A stretch of 64,000 nt of DNA from the NCBI GenBank assembly GCA_965262615.1, contig OZ253545.1, positions 1,115,113 through 1,179,112 on the forward strand, given 5' to 3'. The notes beneath the pieces are model-generated. The model ran no database searches and was not told where the DNA came from. It saw only the letters and a program-made list of their open reading frames with translations. The stretch comes from Alphaproteobacteria bacterium. Lineage in GTDB: Bacteria > Pseudomonadota > Alphaproteobacteria > GM7ARS4 > G965262615. Of this stretch, positions 10,826-20,463 are shown piece after piece; the stretch's first letter is position 1, and every line of letters begins with the position of its first letter. Position numbers and translations under genes: made by a program.

Positions 10826-11190
10826 GGGTGATTCTAGCAAATCTAATAACGCTTGAATTTTTATTGGTTTTTTCATGAGATGGAGCGTCATGCCGCGAGG
10901 TGATTCCACCGAATTTCGTGATTCCATCGCCTCGCCGCTGAGCATAATCAGATGGGTGATGCCCAGCGCGCGCCACTCATCTGCTGGTGGGGTGCGTGCG
11001 GCGTGGGAGGCTGTCTGGCGGTCGTAAATGAGAGTCACTCGTTTGTGCGGCGGCGGTGCGGTGAGCTCCTTCTTTTGCTTGACCTCTATTTTTGCTATGA
11101 CTTGCTCTATGATGCGTTTGAGTTCCCGCAAGAACAATGCGTCACTGACATCCAGAATCACAAGGTGATGGCGACTTTTCATATTTTTCA
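10817..11190 (-). CDS. Possible single-domain response-regulator receiver (CheY-like) protein
   Basis: C-terminal ...GITHLIMLSGEAME...HLMKKPIKIQALLDLLE resembles the receiver-domain alpha4-beta5-alpha5 region. Its start overlaps the divergent L,D-transpeptidase start, so the call is weak. Confidence 0.3.
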
Positions 11191-11704
11191 CACCCCTCAC
11201 ACTCCTTTTCGCGCCCATGCGGGCATTGTCAGATGGCGGCACCATACCATCTCTTGCCTGCTGGGCAAAGCGGGCGTGACGCGCCACAAGAAAGAAGGCG
11301 ATGGCGCAACGCCCGTGGGCATCATGCGGGGACACGCATTGTTCTACCGCAGCGACCGCATCCCGCCGCCGCCGTGCCCCATCACCCCCCGACCCATCCG
11401 CCGCTCCATGCGCTACTGTGATGACCCCGCCTCCCCTCTTTACAACCGCCTGTTTTTCACCTCATCCCCGCCGTCATGTTCTCATGAGCGATTGTGGCGC
11501 AATGACGGCATCTACGACATCATCCTCATCCTCACCCACAATCGCCACCCCAAAGTCGCGGGACACGGCAGCGCAATCTTCATTCATCTAGCAGACAATG
11601 AAACCTCCCACACCCAAGGCTGCATAGCTTGTCACTATGACGATTTGTGCAATTTGTTGTCTCATGTCTCTCGCTCAAGTCGCTTTATCATCCATCCCTC
11701 ATGA
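11174..11704 (+). CDS. L,D-transpeptidase (YkuD/ErfK) domain protein
   Basis: GDGATPVG ... HGSAIFIHLADNETSHTQGCIACHYDDL matches the YkuD catalytic His / S-x-GC-I-R/A motif. The exact start is uncertain. Confidence 0.55.
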   Translation, partial: TFHIFHTPHTPFRAHAGIVRWRHHTISCLLGKAGVTRHKKEGDGATPVGIMRGHALFYRSDRIPPPPCPITPRPIRRSMRYCDDPASPLYNRLFFTSSPPSCSHERLWRNDGIYDIILILTHNRHPKVAGHGSAIFIHLADNETSHTQGCIACHYDDLCNLLSHVSRSSRFIIHPS

Positions 11705-11766
11705 TGCGTCTTTCCCCGCACCCCGTCCAATTGCAACAAAGCGATGGAATATGGTAGGATAAGGGT

Positions 11767-13053
11767 ATGTCTGACAAAGCACCCAAAGCCATTGACAAAA
11801 CTAGTGAACCTGTGCCTGAGCCCACAAAAGACACTACCAGCAGTGGGTTGGATTATGTGCATCCTGATGCCGTTAACAAATTTATGAACCTGACGTTGGA
11901 CAAAATACCTGAGCAATTGCTCGAGCTTTTAGGTGGAACTGCTTTTTTATTAGCTCTTTTTTATTTTTCTGCCATCATTATTAAAAAATGGTTGGAAGCT
12001 TTAACACTTTATTCCAAAGATGTTACTGCACATTCGGCTATGAAGCGTTCCCTCTATGCCTCCCTCTATGCCTTTATCGTTATATTTGCTACAACAGCTA
12101 TTTATTCAGCGATTGTAACTATCGAAGATTTATTGCCCGAAGAAGGGCAAGATGAATACGAGCGTGGTATAAGGTATTATTACGGGATTGGCGTACCAAA
12201 AGATTACAAGAAAGCAGCTGAATGGTATCAAGAAGCTGCCGACCAAGGACTCGCCCAAGCCCAAAATAATCTTGGTGTGAGGTATGAGCGCGGCGAGGGT
12301 GTACCACAGGATTATGAAAAAGCGGTGGAATGGTATCAAGAGGCTGCCGACCAAGGACTCGCCCAAGCCCAAAACAATCTTGGTGTGATGTATGCCAACG
12401 GTTATGGGGTGACACAGGATTATAAAAAAGCGGTGGAATGGTATCAAAAAGCTGCCAAGCAAGGAAATGCCCAAGCCCAAAACAATCTTGGTGATATGTA
12501 TTACAGTGGTGATGGTGTGCCACAGGATTATAAAAAAGCGGTGAAATTCTATCAAGAAGCTGCCGACCAAGGACTCGCCCAAGCCCAAAGCAATCTTGGT
12601 TGGATGTATTACAACGGTTATGGTGTGACGCAGGATAGAAAAGAAGCTGTGGAATGGTGGCAAAAAGCTGCCGAGCAAGGATTCGCCAAAGCCCAGTTTA
12701 ATCTTGGTGCGGCGTATATCAAAGGTGATGATGTTAAGCAGGATTATGAAAAAGCGTTTGAATGGTATCAAAAAGCTGCCGAGCAAGGTTATGTCCAAGC
12801 CCAAACCAGTTTTGGTTTCATGTATGCCATGGGGCAGGGGGTGACGCAGGATTATAGAAAAGCGAAGGAGTGGTGGGAAAAAGCTGCCGACCAAGGGGAT
12901 GCCCAAGCCCAATTCAATCTTGGTTGGATGTATGAACACGGTGACGGGGTGACGAAAGATATAAAAAAAGCGATTGAATGGTATGAAAAAGCTGCCAAGC
13001 GAGGTCTTGAGGTAGCTATAGATGCTCTCAAAAGATTAAATAAAAACAAGTGA
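11767..13053 (+). CDS. Sel1-like repeat protein with N-terminal TM segments
   Basis: About 8 Sel1 repeats and a C-terminal ...AIDALKRLNKNK tail shared with paralogs. Upstream TTGCAA-N17-TAGGAT. Confidence 0.85.
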   Translation: MSDKAPKAIDKTSEPVPEPTKDTTSSGLDYVHPDAVNKFMNLTLDKIPEQLLELLGGTAFLLALFYFSAIIIKKWLEALTLYSKDVTAHSAMKRSLYASLYAFIVIFATTAIYSAIVTIEDLLPEEGQDEYERGIRYYYGIGVPKDYKKAAEWYQEAADQGLAQAQNNLGVRYERGEGVPQDYEKAVEWYQEAADQGLAQAQNNLGVMYANGYGVTQDYKKAVEWYQKAAKQGNAQAQNNLGDMYYSGDGVPQDYKKAVKFYQEAADQGLAQAQSNLGWMYYNGYGVTQDRKEAVEWWQKAAEQGFAKAQFNLGAAYIKGDDVKQDYEKAFEWYQKAAEQGYVQAQTSFGFMYAMGQGVTQDYRKAKEWWEKAADQGDAQAQFNLGWMYEHGDGVTKDIKKAIEWYEKAAKRGLEVAIDALKRLNKNK

Positions 13054-13077
13054 TACCATCGCCATCTCTTCCGTGTT

Positions 13078-13650
13078 GTGAAGAATGTGGCGATGGGATA
13101 TGGTGAGGGGATGGGTTGGAATAAAGCAAATGTATTGGCGAGGCGTGGTGGTGGCACGGCGTTTTTGTTTGCCATTGTCGTCATTGCTCATACGGGCTGG
13201 ATGGCGAGCGTGGCTCATGCTGATGCAACGGAAGAAGTGCAACAATGGATAGAATTCGCGAAGGGAGGCAGTGCCTTTTACCAAAACGAGGTTGGTTCTG
13301 CGTATGCCGATGGTCGGGGTGTCACGAAGGATTATGAAGAAGCGGTGTTCTGGTATCGCAGAGCCGCCGAACAAGGAAATGCCCTCGCCCAAGCCAATCT
13401 TGGGGTGATGTATAGGGATGGGATGGGTGTCACGCAGGATGATGAGGAAGCGGTGGAATGGTGGAAAAAAGCCGCCGAGCAAGAGAATGCCATAGCTCAA
13501 TTCAATCTTGGGGTGATGTATGGCAAGGGGATAGGCGTGGCACAGAGTGATGAAAAAGCCGTCTATTGGCTCACAAAAGCCGCCGAACAAGGCGATGAAG
13601 ATGCAACAGAAGTTCTCAAAACATTAGAAGAGTTAGAAAACAACAAGTGA
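13078..13650 (+). CDS. Secreted Sel1-like repeat protein (4 repeats)
   Basis: Signal peptide ...IAHTGWMASVAHA. Probable start at 13111 (MGWNK), after TTGTGA-N17-TATGGT-N6. The 3' 250 bp is about 95% identical to 37385..37630. Confidence 0.85.
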   Translation: MKNVAMGYGEGMGWNKANVLARRGGGTAFLFAIVVIAHTGWMASVAHADATEEVQQWIEFAKGGSAFYQNEVGSAYADGRGVTKDYEEAVFWYRRAAEQGNALAQANLGVMYRDGMGVTQDDEEAVEWWKKAAEQENAIAQFNLGVMYGKGIGVAQSDEKAVYWLTKAAEQGDEDATEVLKTLEELENNK

Positions 13651-13674
13651 TACTATCCCCATCTCTTCCGTGTT

Positions 13675-14565
13675 GTGAAGAATGTGGCGATGGGATATGG
13701 TGGGGGCATGAATTGGAATAAAGCAAATGTATTGGCGAGGCGTGGTGGTGGCATGGCTTTTTTGTTTGTCATTGTCGTCACATCTTTTTCCTTGAGTGCG
13801 GTGGCGGAGGATGACTTATCACAATTGGAAATTCTGGCAGAACAGGGGAATCCCTACGCCCAAAACGATCTTGGTGTCATGTATGAGGGCGGTGAGAGGG
13901 TGACGCAGGATTATGAAAAAGCGGTGTTTTGGTATCAACGCGCCGCTGAGCAGGGGTATGATGTCGCCCAATCCAATCTTGGCAATATGTATGACAGAGG
14001 CGATGGGGTGGCGCAGGATTATGAAGAGGCGGCTGAGTGGTATCAAAAAGCTGCTGAACAAGGCTATGCCCAAGCCCAATACAATCTTGGTGTGATGTAT
14101 GCTGAAGGTGAAGGGGTGATGCGAGATTATGAAAAGGTGGTGGAATGGTGGCAAAAAGCTGCCGACCAAGGTTTTGCCGATGCCCAATACAATCTTGGCT
14201 GGCTCTATTACTACGGCGAGGGAGTGACGCAGGATTATCAAAAAGCGGCTGAGTGGTATAGGCAAGCTGCTGGGCAAAATCATCACATTGCTCAGGCTCG
14301 GCTGGGTGTCATGGTTGCCAAGGGTTATGGGGTGAGGCAGGATGATGAAAAAGCGATGGAATGGTATCAAAAAGCGGAGGGACAAATCAAAAAGGATGCT
14401 GAGCGGGGCGATGACTATGCTCAATACACTCTTGGCTGGCTTTATGCTCAAGGTGGCGGAGCCAATCCCAGCATGCAACAGGCGATAAAATGGCTACGCA
14501 AAGCCGCAGAGCAAGGGAGTTCATTTGCTCACGATGAGCTCAAAAGATTAGAAAAAAACAACTAA
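13675..14565 (+). CDS. Secreted Sel1-like repeat protein
   Basis: Sel1 repeats. Probable start at 13708 (MNWNK), after the same promoter arrangement. Confidence 0.85.
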   Translation: MKNVAMGYGGGMNWNKANVLARRGGGMAFLFVIVVTSFSLSAVAEDDLSQLEILAEQGNPYAQNDLGVMYEGGERVTQDYEKAVFWYQRAAEQGYDVAQSNLGNMYDRGDGVAQDYEEAAEWYQKAAEQGYAQAQYNLGVMYAEGEGVMRDYEKVVEWWQKAADQGFADAQYNLGWLYYYGEGVTQDYQKAAEWYRQAAGQNHHIAQARLGVMVAKGYGVRQDDEKAMEWYQKAEGQIKKDAERGDDYAQYTLGWLYAQGGGANPSMQQAIKWLRKAAEQGSSFAHDELKRLEKNN

Positions 14566-14582
14566 TTCGCGCGCCTCTCTCA

Positions 14583-15257
14583 TCATTCGCGTTTTCCGAA
14601 TATTGCCGTGCCGATTCGGATGTGGGTTGCGCCGGCGTTGATGGCGTCTTCAAAGTCGTTGCTCATGCCCATGCTGAGCTGCGAGAGATGGCACCGTTTT
14701 GCCAGCTGTGCCAGCTCATTAAAATAGCGTTTGCCCTGACCGATGGGCGGCAGACACATCAGCCCCACGATTGGCAGGTGTGCGGAGCGCATGGCATCAA
14801 TGAGGCGGGGTGCGTCTTGGGGTGCGATTCCCGCTTTTTGCGTCTCTGCTGCCGCATTGACCTGCACAAACAAGGATGGATTTCTGCCCGTGCCGTCCCG
14901 CTCCCGCACGAATGGCTCAATGAGGCTGTGGCGATCAAACGCGTGAATGACATCACACACCCCCATGATTTTTTTCACCTGCCGCCGTTGCAACGCGCCG
15001 ATATGATGCAGCACCACATGAGGATGCTCTTGTTTCAGCTCATGCCATTTCCCATGAATCTCATCCATGCGATTCTCCCCAAAATCCCCATGCCCCACAT
15101 TGATGGCTTCACGAATAGAATCGCTGGATTGCTGTTTAGACACCGCAATCAAGGTGATTGATTGTCGCCGCTCCCCCGCCACAGCCGCAACCCGCCGTGT
15201 GATGGATTCAATCCGTTCCCTAATGGTTGTGTCATTGCCCATAATGTGTCTTTTCAC
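14583..15257 (-). CDS. yggS: YggS/PLPHP family pyridoxal-phosphate homeostasis protein
   Basis: LIAVSKQQSSDSIREAINVGHGDFGENRMDE matches the YggS N-terminal PLP-binding region. About 220 aa, typical length. Confidence 0.8.
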   Translation of the reverse strand: MKRHIMGNDTTIRERIESITRRVAAVAGERRQSITLIAVSKQQSSDSIREAINVGHGDFGENRMDEIHGKWHELKQEHPHVVLHHIGALQRRQVKKIMGVCDVIHAFDRHSLIEPFVRERDGTGRNPSLFVQVNAAAETQKAGIAPQDAPRLIDAMRSAHLPIVGLMCLPPIGQGKRYFNELAQLAKRCHLSQLSMGMSNDFEDAINAGATHIRIGTAIFGKRE

Positions 15258-15306
15258 GCCCGCAAATCAATTGCAACAAAATGATGAAATGTGGTAGGGT
15301 GGAGGC

Positions 15307-16536
15307 ATGAGCGACCAAGAAACAAAAACAGAGCTTCAACAGAATATCTTTTCCGTCACGCAAACAATTCCTAAAGAGTGGCAAAAGCCTACGGTGATAG
15401 GTATTTTGTTGCTCACTTTTTATTATTTTTCAACCACTATTATTAAGGATTGGCTTCGCCTTGTCATTATTTATGATTACGACTACCTACAGGATGCTTT
15501 AGATGCACTTTTTCATTTTTTTATTGTAGCATCTGTTTTATTTGCACTATGGCTAGTGGTGCAAATTGCCAAGCTATTACTGGAAGAAACTCAAGATGAA
15601 GCAAAAAAAGCTGCTGAGAAAGGAATACCTGAAGGTCAATACAGTCTTGGTTTGAAGTACTACTTTGGCAATGATGTGCCACAAGATTACGAGAAAGCGG
15701 TGGAATGGTGGCAAAAAGCTGCCCAACAAGGGATTGTCGAAGCCCAATACAATCTTGGTGTGATGTATGAGCGCGGTATGGGGGTGACGCAAAATTATGA
15801 AAAAGCGGTGGAATGGTATGAAAAAGCTGCCCAACAAGGGCTTGCCAAAGCCCAATACAATCTTGGTGTGATGTATGAGTTCAGTAAGGGAGTGGTGCAG
15901 AATTATGAAAAAGCGGTGCAATGGTATCAACAAGCTGCCCAACAAGGCGATGCCGATGCCCAATTCAATCTTGGTGGAATGTATGACAGAGGTTATGGGG
16001 TGGTGCAGGATTATGAAAAAGCGGTGGAATGGTATGAAAAAGCTGCCCAACAAGGGCTTGCCAAAGCCCAATACAATCTTGGTGGAATGTATAACAGAGG
16101 TGATGGGGTGACGCAGGATTACGAAAAAGCGGTGCAATGGTTTCAAAAAGCTGCCGAACAAGGTCTTGCAGAAGCTCAATACAATCTTGGTGGAATGTAT
16201 AACAGAGGTAATGGGGTGATGCAGAATTATGAAAAAGCGGTGGAATGGTGGCAAAAAGCTGCCCAACAAGGGATTGTCGAAGCCCAATCCAATCTTGGTA
16301 CGATGTATGATTTGGGTAGAGGAGTAAAGAAGAGTAAAGAAAAAGCTTTGGAATGGTATCAAAAAGCTGCCCAACAAGGTAATGCCCCAGCCCAATTCAA
16401 TCTTGGTTTAATGTATGCCAACGCTGATGGGGTGACGCAGGATTTGGAAAAAGCGAAGGAATGGATTAAAAAAGCTGCCGACCAAGGGCTTGAGGTAGCT
16501 ATAGATGCTCTCAAGGAATTAGAAAAAAAGAAGTGA
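15307..16536 (+). CDS. Sel1-like repeat protein with N-terminal TM segments
   Basis: About 9 Sel1 repeats. Upstream TTGCAA-N18-TAGGGT. C-terminal AIDALKELEKKK. Confidence 0.85.
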   Translation: MSDQETKTELQQNIFSVTQTIPKEWQKPTVIGILLLTFYYFSTTIIKDWLRLVIIYDYDYLQDALDALFHFFIVASVLFALWLVVQIAKLLLEETQDEAKKAAEKGIPEGQYSLGLKYYFGNDVPQDYEKAVEWWQKAAQQGIVEAQYNLGVMYERGMGVTQNYEKAVEWYEKAAQQGLAKAQYNLGVMYEFSKGVVQNYEKAVQWYQQAAQQGDADAQFNLGGMYDRGYGVVQDYEKAVEWYEKAAQQGLAKAQYNLGGMYNRGDGVTQDYEKAVQWFQKAAEQGLAEAQYNLGGMYNRGNGVMQNYEKAVEWWQKAAQQGIVEAQSNLGTMYDLGRGVKKSKEKALEWYQKAAQQGNAPAQFNLGLMYANADGVTQDLEKAKEWIKKAADQGLEVAIDALKELEKKK

Positions 16537-16604
16537 CACAGCCCTTGTCTTTTCACGAACGCCGTTCAGTTGCAACGCCTCATGAGCTGTGGTAGGGTGG
16601 CAAT

Positions 16605-17348
16605 GTGACAGATATTATCTCATCCCTCAAAGATATATTCCAAGAGTGGCACACGCTTATAGTGTTCCTTGCTGTTGCTTATTTTTTACCCAATATTATT
16701 AATAAATGGTCAGCTTTTGGGAAAAAAGATACAGACGCAACTAGAAAAATTGCCGAGAACGGAGAGCCCGACGGTCAAGACAATCTTATTTTTGTGCCAC
16801 AGGATGACGAGCAAACGGTGGAGTGGTGTCAAGAAGCTGCCGACCAAGGGATTGCCGAAGCCCAATACAATCTTGGTGAGATGTATCGCAGAGGTTATGG
16901 AGTAACGCAGAATTATGAAAAAATGGTGGAATGGTGGCAAAAAGCTGCCGACCAAGGATTTGCCGAAGCTCAATACAATCTTGGTGTGGCTTACGAAAAT
17001 GGGGTTGGTGTAAAAAAGGACTATAAAAAGGCGGTGCAATGGTATCAAAAAGCCGCGATGCAAGGTCATGCCAATACCCAAAACAATCTTGGTGGGATGT
17101 ATTCCAACGGTTATGGGGTAACGCAGAATATGGAAAAAGCGGTGGAATGGTGGCAAAAAGCTGCCAAACAAGAAAATGCCTCAGCCCAATACAATCTTGG
17201 CTTGATGTATGCCAACGGTGATGGTGTGACGCAGGATTATGAAAAAGCGAAGGAATGGTTGCAAAAAGCTGCACTGCAGGGGCATGATGATGCAGGGAAA
17301 ACTATTTTTAAATTAGAGGTATTGGAAGAATTAGCAAAAAAGAAGTGA
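16605..17348 (+). CDS. Sel1-like repeat protein
   Basis: About 5 Sel1 repeats with an N-terminal hydrophobic segment. Upstream TTGCAA-N17-TAGGGT. Confidence 0.8.
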   Translation: MTDIISSLKDIFQEWHTLIVFLAVAYFLPNIINKWSAFGKKDTDATRKIAENGEPDGQDNLIFVPQDDEQTVEWCQEAADQGIAEAQYNLGEMYRRGYGVTQNYEKMVEWWQKAADQGFAEAQYNLGVAYENGVGVKKDYKKAVQWYQKAAMQGHANTQNNLGGMYSNGYGVTQNMEKAVEWWQKAAKQENASAQYNLGLMYANGDGVTQDYEKAKEWLQKAALQGHDDAGKTIFKLEVLEELAKKK

Positions 17349-17932
17349 CACGATTCTTGTCTCTCTGGTTCATGACATCGGCTCACCACGCCGAGAGTGA
17401 CAGCGATGCCACAATTATAAGCCTTCTGCCAAGAGGACGCATCGCTTGTGTGGTGCGTTATTATGATGCCGCCGTTCCGCACCGCGCCGCCATCATCGCC
17501 CGCTTGCACACCATCGCGCGCGCCCGCCGAATTCAATTGTTCGTCTCTGTCATGAAGGGTCACCCTCTGCCGCACACCATCAAAACCATTCACATCTCAT
17601 CATGGTATTGTGCGCGCAATCTTGTCTCTTCATGGCGGCACAAACACTATACCGTCAGCACCTCTATTCATTCAGTGGCAGAATGGACACGCGCGCTACA
17701 ATACAATCCCACCTATTGCCTGATTTCGCCGATTTATGCAACAGGCGACAAAAAGGCTTTGCCGCGTTCCATCCGTTCCGCCATTCTTGCATCATCACAA
17801 CCCCACAACTTTCCTCGCCTGTTGGCATTGGGAGGCATCACGAATCGCACACCCATAGACAAGCGGTTCTATGGCAGAGCGATGCGGCGCGGTTTTACAT
17901 CCGCCATCAATCCATCTACAATAAAAACATGA
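17345..17932 (+). CDS. Possible thiamine-phosphate synthase/TenI-family protein
   Basis: C-terminal YCLISPIYATGDKKALP...LLALGGIT resembles the ThiE motif (GvGpifpTxTK ... aIGGI). Weak. Confidence 0.35.
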   Translation: MTRFLSLWFMTSAHHAESDSDATIISLLPRGRIACVVRYYDAAVPHRAAIIARLHTIARARRIQLFVSVMKGHPLPHTIKTIHISSWYCARNLVSSWRHKHYTVSTSIHSVAEWTRALQYNPTYCLISPIYATGDKKALPRSIRSAILASSQPHNFPRLLALGGITNRTPIDKRFYGRAMRRGFTSAINPSTIKT

Positions 17933-20451
17933 AAAACGATTCCTATCAGCACCAAACTCAGGAACTCTATTGGCAGCAGCAGTGGAAGCAAAACGGAGTC
18001 TTTCGCACCGACCTCACTCGCGCGGGCAGCGTTTATTATGTCTTAGAGATGTTTCCGTATCCGTCTGGGCGGATTCACATGGGGCATGTGCGCAACTACA
18101 CGCTGGGTGACATCGTGGCGCGGCTGAAAAAAATGCAAGGACACACGGTGCTGCATCCGATGGGATGGGATGCGTTCGGTCTGCCCGCCGAAAACGCCGC
18201 CCGATTGAAAAACTCCCATCCAAGAGACTGGACTTATGACAACATCAAAACAATGCGCGCTCAACTGCAACGCATGGGGTTTGGCTACGATTGGACGCGT
18301 GAAATCGCCAGCTGTCACCCCGACTACTACAAGCACGAGCAAAAAATGTTTCTGGACTTTCTCGCAAAAGATTTGCTTTATCGCAAGGAATCCATCGTCA
18401 ATTGGGACCCGGTGGAGCAAAGCGTCCTCGCCAATGAACAGGTCATAGACGGCAGAGGATGGCGGTCGGGAGCGGAGGTGCAGCAGAAAAAACTCACCCA
18501 ATGGTTCATGCGCATCTCGCGCTATAGTCAAGAACTGCTGGATGACCTGGCACACCTCACCCAATGGTCGCCCAAAGTCATTCACATGCAGGAAAACTGG
18601 ATTGGCAAAGGCACAGGGGCTCGGGTGCATTTTCGCCATGATAGCCAGCCCGCCATTGATGTCTTCACCACCCGCCCTGATACATTGTTTGGCGCGTCCT
18701 TTCTCGCCATCGCCGCCGCCCATCCCCTTGCCGAACGCCTCGCACGCGACGATGCCAAACTCGCCCGATTCATCAAGGAGTGCCTGCAATCATCCACCAA
18801 AGAACAAGACCAAGCCACCACCGACAAAAAAGGCTACGACACAGGGCTGCGCTATCCTCATCCGCTGGTGGAGGGGCAAGACCTGCCTTTGTATGTCGCC
18901 AATTTCATCATCATGGAGTATGGCACGGGGGCGATTTTTGGGTGTCCCGCTCATGATGAGCGCGATCACGAATTTGCCCGCCGCCACCACCTGCCCATTC
19001 GCCAAGTCATTGAACCGCCTTCAGGCGAACCCCATCACGACTGCTGGACGGGAGACGGAACGCTCATCAATTCGCAATTTCTCAATGGACTCACCGTGGA
19101 ACAAGCAAAGCAAAAAATGATTGACCATCTCACAAGGCACAAACACGGCGCAAGCGAGGTGACCTATCGTTTGCGGGATTGGTGCGTGTCGCGCCAGCGT
19201 TACTGGGGATGCCCCATTCCTGTCGTCTATTGTGATGCCTGCGGCATGATGCCCCTCTCCCCCGCCGACCTCCCCGTGCTGCTGCCCGAAGATGTGGATT
19301 TCAGCCAGCAAGGCAATCCGCTCAGCCGTCACGAAGGGTGGCTGGCGGCGCAATGCCCTCAATGCGGCGGCACGGCGCGGCGAGAATCCGACACATTGGA
19401 TACTTTTTTTGAGTCCTCATGGTATTTTGCTCGCTTCGTCTCACCCCGAGCCAGCACCGCCTATGACGCCGATGCCTTCGCCAAAGCCATGCCGGTGGAT
19501 CTCTATGTGGGAGGCATTGAACACGCCGTGCTGCACCTGCTCTATGCTCGTTTTTTCATGCGGGCATTGCGGGATTGCGGCTACCGTGCCGTCAATGAAC
19601 CCTTTGCCGCTTTGCTCACCCAAGGGATGGTGTGTCATCAAAGTTATCAGCGAGCGGACGGCTCATGGGTTGAACCCAAAGATGTGCGCGCGCAAGATGG
19701 TGGATGGGTGGATGCTCACGGCATGACGGTCACCCCGCAACGCATTGAGAAAATGAGCAAGTCCAAATCCAATGTGATAGACCCCGATGATATTCTGCAC
19801 ACCTACGGCGCGGATGTGGCGCGCCTGTTTATTGTGTCGGATTCGCCGCCGATGCGCGATTTTGAATGGCGCGAGGATGGAGTCAAGGGCACGGCGCGCT
19901 ATCTCAAGCGGCTGTGGAAAGTTGTCACGCAATCATCCACTGAGCCGCCAGCCGCCAGCGACACCACACAAGACGAGCTCTTGCAAAAAAAACAACACCA
20001 AACCATTGATGCCGTCACCCAAGCCTACGACCAGCACCATTTCAATCGCGTGGTGGCACTGCTCCACAGCTTCACCAATGACATTGAAAACACCCCCCAT
20101 GTCTCGCCATCAATACGCCACAATGCCGCATTAACACTGGTGCAATTGTTTCATCCCATCATTCCCCACATCACCGAAGAAATGCACAAAAAGCTGGGCG
20201 GCAAATCGCTGTTGGCAACATCGGCTTTTCCTATTGCCGATGGAGCATTTTTGACAGATGACACCGTGACCATCGCCGTGCAAATCAATGGCAAACTGCG
20301 CGGACAAATAAAAATGGTAACGGGCAGTGATGAGGAATCCGTTATTGCCGCCGCCAAACAACTGGACAACGCGGCAAAATACCTGCAAAAAGGTAAGATT
20401 GGTAAGGTTATTTTCGTTCCCAACCGCCTAATCAATTTGATCGTGTCGTGA
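17930..20451 (+). CDS. leuS: Leucine--tRNA ligase
   Basis: HIGH motif (HMGHVRNYT), KMSKS motif, and CP1 editing-domain-like regions. Start at MKNDSYQ. Confidence 0.93.
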
Positions 20452-20463
20452 GTGAGGGCTATG

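Noticed and set aside
18043-18789. 248-aa minus-strand ORF and other ORFs inside leuS (18542..19120, 19292..19726)
   Set aside because: Antisense or alternate frame to a confidently identified leuS.
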